Shown in pieces: positions 23,857 to 36,005 of a stretch of 64,000 nucleotides of DNA. The notes beneath the pieces are model-generated. The model did not search any database. It was not told where the DNA came from and was given only the letters and a program-made list of their open reading frames with translations. Numbering within the stretch: position 1 is the first letter of the stretch; each line of letters starts with the position of its first letter. The translations under genes and the position numbers were made by a program. Origin of the DNA: Paecilomyces variotii (Eukaryota); the NCBI GenBank assembly GCA_004022145.1, contig RCNU01000009.1; one strand, 5' to 3'.

Positions 23857-26800
23857 ATGGCGAAAATTTACAAGGAGACCAAGGTCGATCTTCGACCAGT
23901 GTCCCCCAGCACCGTCGTCAACATCCAGATTCCGACCCAGGATGGCGCGCAGCGTCGAGCTAGGTTTTCGATAGCACCATTCGATGCGCAGGAAGAACCG
24001 ATATCTAAGGATGAGGAGGAATTCGTGAAACGATATCTAGCGACCCAAGGATCCATATACTTCCGTCAGCGAAAGGCTTATCCACGAGCCTTTGTCTGGA
24101 GGGTGGTCGACGACAACAGAGTCCTGGAGATCCAGTCTGCCGACTTAACCAGGAGCGCACATGAGCATCATGAAGCCAACGTTAGACTTCGATTGGATTT
24201 CCAGGAGGCGATTATCCCGTCAGGAGTTGCACTTGCGGATCCGGAAGATCATGAGGTGGTGAATGTGTTCGTGCTCACTGTCTCAAAACAATTGCACACT
24301 TTGACCCTGCGGCCTGAATTCTTTCGGAGGACATCTTCAATTGATGAAAATGTATCAGATTGGTGCAAGACGTCCACACCAGCGCCCTTGGCTTTTTCAT
24401 ATCCGCATCGACTCCATGCCAGCAGCCCATACGAACTTTTTATCTCCTTGGACAGTGGAGCGCTACTGCGCTTGACAAGGAGAGCTGGAGACGATGGTAT
24501 ACCTTTTCTTACCCTTGAACTTACTTCCTGCTAGTAGACACTGACTCGGCTTCATTATAGGCTCCCACTGGTCGCCAATTACGTTTGATGAGAAGACTTG
24601 GGGTGCGTCGCTACGCGGCCTTGTGAAGTGGAATGCCCAGCCAACGATTCGATTCGATGGTCGTAACCTTGATCAGACAACCGCTACTGCTATTGCAACA
24701 ACCTCTGACCAGACTTATGTCTTCGCCGTTTGCCTAAACCACACGTTGAAAGTATGGAACCTGGCGTCGAATAAGCTGGTTGGTTCGAAAGATCTGTTGA
24801 ACCGCCCGGTACAGCCTCAGGACACACCCTCGTATACCCTCAACCCGGCAGATTCATCCTTCATTCGGGTGTTCAATGCTGAGAGGGCAATGGATGGCGG
24901 TCATCGATACTACATCGCTACCTACTCCCCGCATGAGGATGGAATTTTCAAGTTCTGGGCTGTCAAGGGAGGTTTAACGGCGCCGTTAACCATCGAAGAC
25001 CTCTTCCCCGACGCCACTCTCAAAGTCCCTGATCCGGACCCATCAGGAAACATGTTCTGGAGTGTCGCTGATTTCCAGATTAGACCCATGGAGGAGGGCC
25101 GGCACATGGAGTTATGGGTTTTGTGGCGGAACAAAAGTCTGTACCAGTTGAACAGTCTACACTTCGACTTCCAAAGTTTGGTTCAGGACTGGTCGACTAA
25201 CTGGGTTTCATCGGCCATGGAACTGCGTCGTCATGAACCACCCCCGGCTATGGTATCTTCAGATGCGGTTGATCCAACCGAGAAGTGGTTGGAATATATT
25301 TTCAGTCCTGGGAGATACTCGCCTGAGACTTTAGAGACAGCTCTAGCAGCCTACCAAGAAGCCCTAAGACCCATGTCTTCGGCTTCTGCACTCAAGAGAA
25401 GCGTACCGTTGCAGGAGAGACTCTGCTCTACTATCGCAGCGACAGTGTCCCTGCGGAAGTATTCCGAGGATGATATGGACTTCACCAGATACAGAACTGA
25501 TACGGATACCAAGTGGCGGCAGTTTTGGCAGATAGCCGACGACATCAACCAAAGGCGAATGGAGCCGTTATCTCTTGCTTACGATACATATGCTGATATG
25601 CCGTGGGTATTGTTGTCGGATGCCTGCATCCTCGTACGCGAATGCAGCGCTACAGAGCTGGTTCTTCATAACTCAGGCTCAGTGTTGCGCGATGAGATCG
25701 CCAAAATCGGCGATCGTTGGCGGCACCGGAATGTTGAGTCGGAGTTAGGTGACTTATACGAGCAGACACCGTATCTAATCAATGTCGCTGCAGGCTTCAG
25801 GAAAGGACTATCCCCTGAAGTTGACAGAGCCTGCCAGGCCGCCTTGCATGCAGAGATATTCGTTGAACCATCCCTTTCCGTTCCAGATCGAATGGCAGCT
25901 TTCCAAGAACGGTGTGAACTCGGTGAACGCGTCACTGACGAGGCCTTTGACAATCTCTGCGCTGCCATGAATGAGCACTTGAACATATACAACCTCCCAA
26001 GCGAGCTCTTTTACTCCATTATAAGCACGGCACCGCTAGGTTTCCCAGGAAAGGACTCGGATCTTCTCTGTACTGTATTTGGACTCCGAGCTACGGTCAA
26101 CGGTGCTCAAGAGATGATACTGCACACGAAACAGGTTCTTTATGATCTTCTAATCCTTGTAGTCTTCTTGGATGGAGAGATTAACCAGGAGGAAGGCTCG
26201 ACCTTCGATGCGGTCGACCTGTTCTCTACGCTTGTTGATATGCTGAGAGAGTACGAGATGATGTCTTGGTTGGGTTCGCACACCCGCAAACGCACTGAAC
26301 GGCATCTTGAAGAGTCTGAGACGGCAGGTTCAACTTTCTCACTAAAGAACCCAGAGACAAAAAACAGAAATGTCAGGGTTACTACAATTCTCGAGGATCT
26401 TTTTGCCGTCCACATAAAACCTCGCCCACCAATTGGTATACCGCAGACTTGCACGTTGACTTATGGCATTCGTGATGTGATATCATGGGTGACAAGACAG
26501 GGTGAAGTTGCTTATCCTAATGTCCTGGTCTTTATACAATGCGATCTAATCGCCAACGGGAATATCAACCTTGCGTCTGATTTCTGGCGGTTCCAACCGA
26601 CTACTGCGTGGGCAACTTATGTGAAAGGCCGACTGTGCATCGCGAAGTCAGAATATGACATGGCAGCCGTTTACTTCAAGAAGGCCGCACATCTACTTTG
26701 TGAGTTATATGCATAGCATGAATTCGTGTGCTGCAATGCTGACTTCTTTTCCCTCTAGCTTCCGGAAGGGCTCTCGGGAATCTCCACGAGATGTCGTCTG

Positions 26801-27915
26801 GCCTTATCGATATTCTCTCCGTTGATAACTTCAATAATGGGCTTCCCAAATATTTCCAGCATATTCTTACTCTATTCGAACATGCTAGGGCATTTTCTTA
26901 TGTCGCTGACTTTGCGATCCTTGCGTTGCAAGCTCTCGAGTGCGATAACAAGAATTCCATACGTGATTCGGACTACGCCTCTCTGCGCACCGACTTACTA
27001 TCACGACTTTTCCATGCATCCCTGAAGACCTGTCAATTCGACCAGGCTTACTCGGCACTCTCCCGCTACACAGATTTGGCGTTGCAGAAATCCGCGCTCG
27101 GCTCCCTGATCACCAGCATACTCTCAGTGTCAGGCCCCGGTACCGCGGGTCTTAAGCAGCTTCTCCACTTACCTATTCCCCTCACTCCCCACCTCTCATC
27201 TTACGTTGATGATACACTTGTGTCACTATCCAAGAGGCAGACTTCCTTCATTTCTCCTCTTGAACCCAGCAATAGGAGTCCTGACTATCAGAGGATTCTC
27301 CACGCATATCGGATTTCACGCAACGATTTCCGTGGTGCGGCCGAGGTGGGCTACCAAATCGTGCAGCGACTACGGAAAGCAAGAGATGCCCCATCTCAGC
27401 AATTGATATTCAAGAAGAACAATGACAACGACGATACAAAACGCATGATCGAGGAAGATGACCTGGAGAGCAAAGAGATAAGACACGAACTTCTCGCTCT
27501 GATAAACCTGCTTGCCTGCGTTGAGAAGAGTGAGGCTTATATCTTCGTCGAAACCGAAGAATCTCTTTCCGGTGGGGAACCTAACAGACGCCGCAGCCTG
27601 CAAAAGGACGACGACGTGTTCATGGATGATGTTAGCATTGGTTCACCGTCTGCAAGTCACAGGGCAAGTTCTAGTGGAGGCTTCAACTTGAGTGGCCGCA
27701 GAGATAGCAGATCGTCTATAGGTGGTGGTGCTGGATTCAATGGCTTCCATGAGTCAAATAAGCCACGCCGGAGGGTCATAGTCACTCTTGACCACCTGCG
27801 TCGGGAATACCAGGCGGAGTTGGATCGTGTGAGCCGGATCGAGCGAGGCGACTGGGAGTTTGGCGCAGTTGAGGCAGATGAAGAGGACAATGAAGACACC
27901 ATGGTGCTCTCGTAG
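23857..27915 (+). CDS. NUP120: Nucleoporin Nup120/Nup160 (Y-complex)
   Basis: Exons 23857-24496, 24561-26699, 26759-27915. Beta-propeller-like N-terminus (VFAVCLNHTLKVWNL), helical middle, C-terminal YRISRNDFRGAA and VIVTLDHLRREY motifs typical of Nup120/160. Confidence 0.85.
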
Positions 27916-28424
27916 CCTGTTGCTACGAACCCTGACTTCTTTGTAGCACTTCGAAATCTCATTGTTCTGTGTTCTGAGATCCCCTTATACTGTACTTTCA
28001 TGATGGCGAGGGGACATGACGATGTTTGGCTAATTTCATCTTACTGAAGGGAGGAGTATTTAGGCGTGTCTTCTCATCGGATTTCGTATCAGGTCCTGGG
28101 GGAATAATCCTAAAATCAGCATCTCGATCAACCTTACAAAATCATATATGTAAGAATAGTCGCCAATTACCCGAACTTCAGAGTTTCAATTTGTTTTCAG
28201 TAGCTTAAATCATAATAGGACATAGAAACATAAATTCAACCAGAAAGCATATAAGAAAATGAGAGGCATTTGCGTTAAACTATTCATGTCCTTCGTCATG
28301 CAATTTACTGCTCTTTTTGTTTTTGTGCTTTGATGGGACTACACCGTCCGCGTAGCATTAACCCTGGAAGAACCAGGCCATTGATCGAGTCTCGTATGTA
28401 ATTACGAGGTCAGTCCATCTCTTC

Positions 28425-31400
28425 CTAATCTGACTCCTCGGCAGCAGCGTTTGCATAGAATCTGCTGAAAGCAGAGTCTGTGGACAACAATGTATACGGA
28501 TCGTCGAACGCAATAAGTCGGCCTGCCTCAAGCATAGCGATCTTGTCGTAGTCAAGGATAGTATCTAATTTATGCGCAACTGTTATGATGGTATGATTCG
28601 CAAAATTCTCACGGATGATACGCTGCATAATGTTCTCAGTCTTGCTGTCGATGCTATTGGTAAGCAAGTAGTTAGCACTGTGTTGCAGGTTTCGCTTTTA
28701 ATTTTCCTTACTTGCTGGTTGCCTCATCAAGGATTAGAATTGTGCTCGGACGCAACATTGCTCGTGCTAGGCAGAATAGCTGTTTCTGGCCATGTGAGAG
28801 GAAAAGCTCATCTATATCTGTGTCCAAGTCGCCTTTCTCCTGAATTACAGACATCAACTGTACGCTTTCCAGGGCATTAATTATGGCATTTTCTGAACAC
28901 AATCCTGTAGGGTCGGCGTTTAGTCGTACAGTTCCTTTAATTAGAAATGGATCTTGACAAACACCGATGATGCGAGAACGGATCTCCTGGCGGGGTATGG
29001 TGGAAATATCAATACCATCGATGGTTATTGTGCCGGAAGATAGCTCAATCATGCGGAATAGAGACAGGACCAGAGAGCTCTTACCGCTTGAAGGGATCGT
29101 CAGCTTGTAACCTTCTATGGAGCAGATTTTTGCTTACCTCCCGGTCCTTCCGCAAATCCCAATCTTCTCACCCGTCTGTATAGAAAAAGATATATTGCGG
29201 AGTACAAGCTCGTCTGGTCTGATAGCTGGTTAGTTTCAAGACGTATTTATACAGTAGAAGGGCATTGAACTAACGTATAAGCTGCTGAGACATCTTTGAA
29301 TTCAATGCTACCATTTGAGGGCCAATATGTTGGAACTGGGCCATTCTCTGTTGGTAGGTCTTCTGACTTGACGCTTTCGCTGAAAACCTTCACACGAGCA
29401 ACGGCTCCAATATGTGTCTCCAGGTTTGTCCAGTATGTTACCAGTAGCTTGATGCTTTGGCTGAACATTATGACGTTCAAAAGTGCAACACCAACGAAGC
29501 CAGCACTAAGATCAGGGCGTAGCTCTACAACGAGGATTATCAAGAGGGTTGCTATGCCAGCGACCATTAGATCCAAGACCAATGTCAGCCAGCGTTGAAC
29601 AGCAAAGAGAAGATAAAACGGTCTTTGAGACCTATCGAGGAGTTGGTGGTTCTTTCGTTCCATAGCCTGTTGCCATCCGAACGCTCTTAGGGTGAGGAGT
29701 CCGCAAAGAGATTCAGCAAAGTGAGAATATAGTGGAGCCTTTGACTCAAGATCCATAAAACGTAGCTGGCGGGAGGTTCGCAAGTAGACTTTTTGACAGA
29801 AGTATAGAATAGCTAGTACTGCGGGAAATGAGATAGCCGTGTATGGTGATGATACTCCAATGAGAGTCATTTGCGCAATGCAAAGGACAAAGGCTACCCA
29901 TATGTCATCAGCTTGCGTCCAAGAAGCGAGGTAAGATAATAAACTCATTAAAGCATATCTAAAGTTTGGAACTTACTTGCAAATGTGTTAAGAGCAACGA
30001 CAGGCAGCTCCATATCTATAAGCTGCAAGTCCTGGCTAAACCTGTTAAGCGTGACGCCGATATCTGTAGTTGAGAAGAATGTTGTAGGAGCGCTACTCGA
30101 AATTAGCATATCGCAACACAAATGAAAGATAAGACATCACCTCAGAACAGTATTCAGCAAAGTCCAATGGAAATGCTCTCCTGATCTAGGAACCATTGTG
30201 ATTATAATTTGCCTGGTTTGAGAAAATTAGCCAGAAGCATAGATGCGTCTTTCCTCACTCACCAGCACGCGATGACCAGAGAGCCAAGCGCCAACACACC
30301 AAGCATAGCATATATTCCAAGGTAGTAAGCGAGGTGTTTCCCTGGCTCTTCTATGTTCGAAATTGCCCACCATTTTACCCATATGCCTGATGAAGAAGTT
30401 AGAATATCGAGTACTGTACTTGTGGAATCAGGATAGAAGTTGCTCACTTGGAAACGAAATGCAGAAGACAAATGCGCTTATGAAGATAGCAAATATTAAA
30501 GCCCCGAGCTTTCCTATGCTCTTAATGTAGTAAAGATAAACTGCGATATCTCCTGTTTTCTTGTTGGCTTCTGCTTCGATGCTCTGTTCCGTTTTCGCTG
30601 CAATCGGCGAGGAACTGGCATTTGATAGCAATTTTGACTTTGAGCGCTTCTCAGGTTTATAGTCCCATTCAGCAGGAGGTAGCTCAAAGCTCGATACATA
30701 GCCACCTGACGCATTAAGGGCGTGAAATTGTCCTTGCTCTTTAATACGGCCTCCTGTATCTAAGACGATGATATGATCGGCGTACGGAATACGTTTCGCT
30801 GTGCAAAAATCAGCTTTGTGCATCTCTTTTTTAAATTCTGATGACGATGAAGGTCGTCTCTACCTGAGCTGGAGGCTAAGATAACGGTCGATCGAGATCG
30901 GCGTAGCAGCCCATCTTTACCTATTAGGCTATGAAATATTTGATTCTCTGTGGCCGCATCAAGCCCGCTAAACGAATCATCAAGGATGACGATCTCCCGT
31001 CTCGAATATACGGCCCTTGCTAGCGCCTAAGATCTGATATTAGCACTCGTTGGTAAATGCAGGGACCATTAGACTTACGATTCGCTGTCTTTGTCCCCCA
31101 CTAAGTGCAACCCCCCTGCTTCCGATTATCGTTTGATCTCCAGCAGGTAGCAGGCGGATATCTTCCTCCAGTGCGCACGACCTAATGACAGTGGTATACC
31201 AGGCCGGGTCAAATGGAGACACTGCAGCTATACTTTTCTGGATAGTCTCATTTAGATGCCATGGACTTTGGTCACAGTATGCGATATTCTCCGAGGAAAG
31301 CTGTACAGTCCCTTCCAAACAGGCGACCTCGCCAAGGAAAGCTTTAAGCAAGGTAGATTTGCCGCATCCGACGGGGCCAACCAAAATGGCGAATTTTTCT

Positions 31401-33663
31401 CGAGGAATTACAATATTTATTGATTTCAGAATAGGTTCTCCGAGATCCCATCCGAAGTGACCGTCATGCACAGTGACTGCGTCATTATAGAGTTCTCTCA
31501 GATTACCTTTTATTGAGCGACTCATCTCGGACGTCTTTGTACCAATACTTATTTTTTCAGAGCCAAATGACGGTATAGAATGCTCCGAAATGTCGATTGA
31601 GGATTCCGAAGATTTCGATGGCAGTTGACGTTGATCGATATAGTCTTCTTTGCTCAAGAAAGTTTGTATCCTGGTAAAAGAACCAAGAGATCCCATGAAT
31701 GATACCAATGACATTACCAGCGACGCCAGGGGATCCGTGAGTAGTGCAAAGAGTGACAATGAAGTGTATATCCGTGCTGTGTCGAGGATACTGTCGCCTC
31801 CACTCTTGGGGGATATAGCCACGTATACAGCGAATGTGATTATGGGGACGAATATTTGAGACACATATGCTAGAATGGTTATCAGAGTTGAATATCAGCG
31901 GTACTTAGGAAGATTAGAAAGGCCCTCACCTAGAGTCATGTTCCAAATCAGAAGTCTTCGAAACTTCTTGGAGATAGTCAATTCGCTAATGCGAAGCCTT
32001 TGTAGACTCGATAATAGGACCTGTTTCAAGCCACACATTTTGATACCTTTCATGGATCCAAGCATGGAGGTAGTGAAAGACACCCGCCTTTCTATTGCTT
32101 CAAGCCACATGGCCTGGCGAGAAACGACGAGAAACATTGTGATCATGGAACCCACTAGAGTAACTATCCAATATAGTCAGGGTCTCGATGTTATTGACTT
32201 ACAGAATAAAGGTTCGTTTACTTACTGATTGATACTCCCACGGGAACAGCACAAGCAACCCCTAATTGGATATCCAGAAGGTATATAGCAACACAAACTT
32301 CAATAATATTAGCCCATATTTCATGCATTGTCTGCCAGCCTTGGACAATCCGTTCGATATCAGCACTCATGAGTGTGAGGGAAGCAGCGGGGTCGACGTC
32401 TTTCGCATTGAGTCGAATCGCCTTTCTGTATACCATTGATACGAGCGCTCCCCTCAGCATGGTAATGGCGCGATATGTTATATGTTGATATTGGCCCATA
32501 AAAATCTAACACGAGTCTCGTCAGCCTACTATTGGGCAGAGACGATATGATTTACGAACCGCTATCCCGCCATATACCAGTACGTATGCACCAATCAGGC
32601 CATATCCGAAATTATTTGTCTGACTGGTCACATCCTGTATTGACAGTATGAGAGTTCTGTTTATCAGCAGAGGCTGGCAGAAGTTCAACGCTATCAGGAA
32701 TGCCCGAGGAGTGGCGGCAGCTAACAAAGGCCATTTTAACGTGTTCATTGCGACGAAGAATAGTGAATGCGGATTTCTTCTTGTTACTGGCCGAATAATC
32801 AATCCTCTGAGGACTCCGACGCATTTTCAGGGATGAGTACCTTTATTATTCCACATAGCTGTCATGGTGCTATCAATACGCTCAGATGCTAGATGCTTGT
32901 CGAGAACGAATAGATCATCGACGCCCAGAAGCTGTGAGAATCCTTTTCGGAACAATGGATTGAGCCACCAAAAGAGGCTTCTATTCCATATACTTGCTGT
33001 TGCTTCATGTGGATAGCTCCTGTATTCAGGCAATAGAATACCTCTCTTCTCGAGTGCTTCAAGTATGAGGGCTAACGTTTTAATTCCCACGGTGACCGTG
33101 AACATAGTCGCGATAAGTCCATTGTAATCATTTGTCCGACGCAGCCATAGAGTTCTCGCTCTGGGTATGTCGAATGCAAGACTGAGAAATAGGTAGATGC
33201 TTAGCATGATAGACGGCCGGACTGAGTTCTTGTGCTCTGTGTACGAGAGGATAAAAAAGACAGCTGTCCCTGCTACTGTGATTACAGCTGTTGGAATTGA
33301 GGCCGGAGTCCTTTCCGCCGGTGGAAGAGCCCATAATATGATGAGGATGGTTTGGATCACTCCCAGAGCTATAAATGCTGTCTAGGTATGACAGAATAGT
33401 AAGTGCATCTGGATGTATGGGCGAAGGCTTGATGTTGACTATACAATTTTCACTGGTAACAACCCACCATGTGTCACCTTTCTCCTCTTTCTCACCAGAT
33501 AAAGGATTCGTAAAGGTGCAATTGTAATAAATAAACAAAGCGGCAACAGAGTGAGTATACTCTCTTCGAATAACAGAGTGAAGTCAAACCCTCCGCGACA
33601 ATACGACGCATGAAGACGCAGTGTACTGTCGAGTGTCTGGCAAGATAACTCTTGTGATGCCAT
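28425..33663 (-). CDS. ABC transporter, ABCC/MRP family (TMD0-TMD-NBD-TMD-NBD), likely peptide exporter
   Basis: Multi-exon. N-terminal [19 protein letters not shown]1 [17 protein letters not shown] and degenerate Walker [14 protein letters not shown]2 [23 protein letters not shown]2 [35 protein letters not shown]. The first four junctions were checked in frame, the rest were not. Confidence 0.93.
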
Positions 33664-34273
33664 ACTGTGTTGATGATATGAATTGGTCTTGGGGACCGAA
33701 GAGATCTGTAGAGATTGACGCGGATGAGGCGGTTTGTCCAGCGTAAGTCATAACAAACACGTTTTCTGGTCTGGTTCCCCAGTATTTGCGAACGAAAAGA
33801 GTACCCGCTGTAGTTTCGCGATACACAGCCCCTTATACTCAGACGATTACGATTGGCTTTGTGTTAAAAAAGATTTTCTATTCTGTTGCGTGTGCAACAA
33901 GGGTCTTCGTGGCAACCGGAAAATTTACTTCTAGGCTGTGTCTTTAGTCGCAAAAAAATCCAGTCTGGATTCGAAGCTCAGTGGTCAGGACTAATGTACT
34001 TGTGTACGACCATGCATGTTTTAAACCTGATTCCAGCCTGCTGTAAATTGAGGGATGACCAATACTCTTCACGCAATACTTGAACTCAGAAACTCTTCGC
34101 TAGTTCCGAAGCTTCAGTGACCGGATAAAAACATAATATCAGATTACGTGTGGTCGCAGGGAGCTAGGAGTTTTCGTCTGTGTAACCAACTGTGGGGCAA
34201 GAAAAAGTAAGTAATAGCATTTGCTATTTCTTTTTATTTATTTGGGGGTACCAACAGTTTGTGCAAGCTGAAA

Positions 34274-34313
34274 CAAGATGTATGTATGGCATTGTATGCA
34301 AGATGTATGTATG
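34274..34313 (+). repeat. 15-bp direct repeat CAAGATGTATGTATG x2
   Basis: Identical copies at 34274-34288 and 34299-34313 in the ABC/NRPS divergent intergenic region. Confidence 0.8.
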
Positions 34314-36005
34314 TGGGTGACAGTGTTAGCTACTTACAGGCTTAGACTATTCCACGATAGTTCCAGGAATCTGAGATCAGGAGAAAGATGCCGGTCGGCC
34401 CGGAAGGAGTCTCGATTGTTCTAGATCGATGGTGTACTGGCTATAGTACGGATGTGTCTGCTCAATGAGGATTTGCGGAGCAGTGGTCTAGATCAAGGAC
34501 GACCTCGACCTCGACCGAAAGTAAGACAGGTATCAAGTCAATTACAGCATACGTAACGCGACTATTGGTAATTGCTGCCAAGTATAAAAAGCAAAACCCC
34601 ATAAAACGTGTGATCATCACATAAGTACAGAGAACGTGGCAAAGGCTAGCAGGGGAGAACTGGGTCATGCTTCCGGAACGAAGACCGACATATGGTAGCA
34701 TTGCAGAATGAACGCGATACATGGATATACAAAAAATGAGATGTGACTACGGAGAACATCGGATATGCACAAGAGTTAAGTATAGTCGGAGATATTTTGA
34801 CGAGACACTAAAGGATTGGACAGACTTTTTACTGTGGAACGCAACGTCCCTTCTGACCTCTCTCATAGAACTGTGTCATGGAAACAGCCTGGAAGGTAAT
34901 AATTTGATGTTACTGGAATATCTCATTGAACAAAGTAGCTGTTTACTGTGGATGAAGAATCCTTTCCCTGCGCGAAGGCTTACAGACCCCGGAGTGAGAT
35001 CTTATCCACCTAAGGCAAAGCAATGTAACTTCCGTGGAACACAGGGAGTAACTTGTAAGCAACTTTTCAGAAACGTCGCATTGGACATATAGAGTGGCAT
35101 CTGTCTTTGACATCCTCATTTGGTAGGGTGACCACTATGATCAAGATGTAGGCGCATGGTTTACGCCGAGGCTAATAGCCATTGACGCTTCACTATCACA
35201 GGCATGACACATGTATTTCGTTTATTTATTCTATTTTCTATCAAGAATGCATGGAATATTAGCTGAAGACTTGGGTATGCCCTCTCATTGGACCAAGAAC
35301 AAGCAGGGAAGACCTGAAGATGACTTACTAAGTTGATTCCAATGCAGAACTCCGTTCCAGCATAGGCCTTGTTGGGACGGCGAAGTAGTAGGTGCAGTCC
35401 AGAAAAAATGCTTTCGTAGCTCAATTCACATTGGGCTTTGTCTAATACTCCCGGCTAAATCCGTAGTCTAGTTGAGACAAATCCAGTGACATACACGAAG
35501 GGCTACGTGGACACAGGAAATGAATGGTAAGTCACAGACTAACAATTTTTGAATTTTGAGAGGCGAGCATACGGCCTGCATGGATTGAATATCAAGAGGA
35601 AGCATGAGTTGTATGTGGTATTTACCGGGATAATACGTTGGTATCTGGCGCTGGATCATATGGTCATATGGTTGCATATACGAGCTGTAGTGATACCACG
35701 AGGATGAGATGCCCGTTCTTGCAGCTAGGTATGGGCTCGGCGATTTCAAGGGCGAGGTGAATTTCCAAAAGGGGGTCTATCATGAAGGGACCCTTTCACA
35801 GGTGCCCCTTTGCTATCTATGCTCTTATCCACCTCACACCGCTGCATCCGTATCAAATATATAAAATGAGACATGTACCCATCTAAGGCCAACGTGTGAG
35901 CCAGACTTTCGCAAAGCCTCAACAGTATTCACTTACATATGCTAGAAGCTGAGAATTAGCCCTCAATCCCCACACTGTATAGAGCTGAATATACCGTCGA
36001 GCGAA

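Noticed and set aside
34700-35780. BrlA (MRAGGGR) and AbaA (CATTCY) matches in the NRPS promoter
   Set aside because: A few 6-7-mers are expected by chance in 2.3 kb; not supportable without conservation data.
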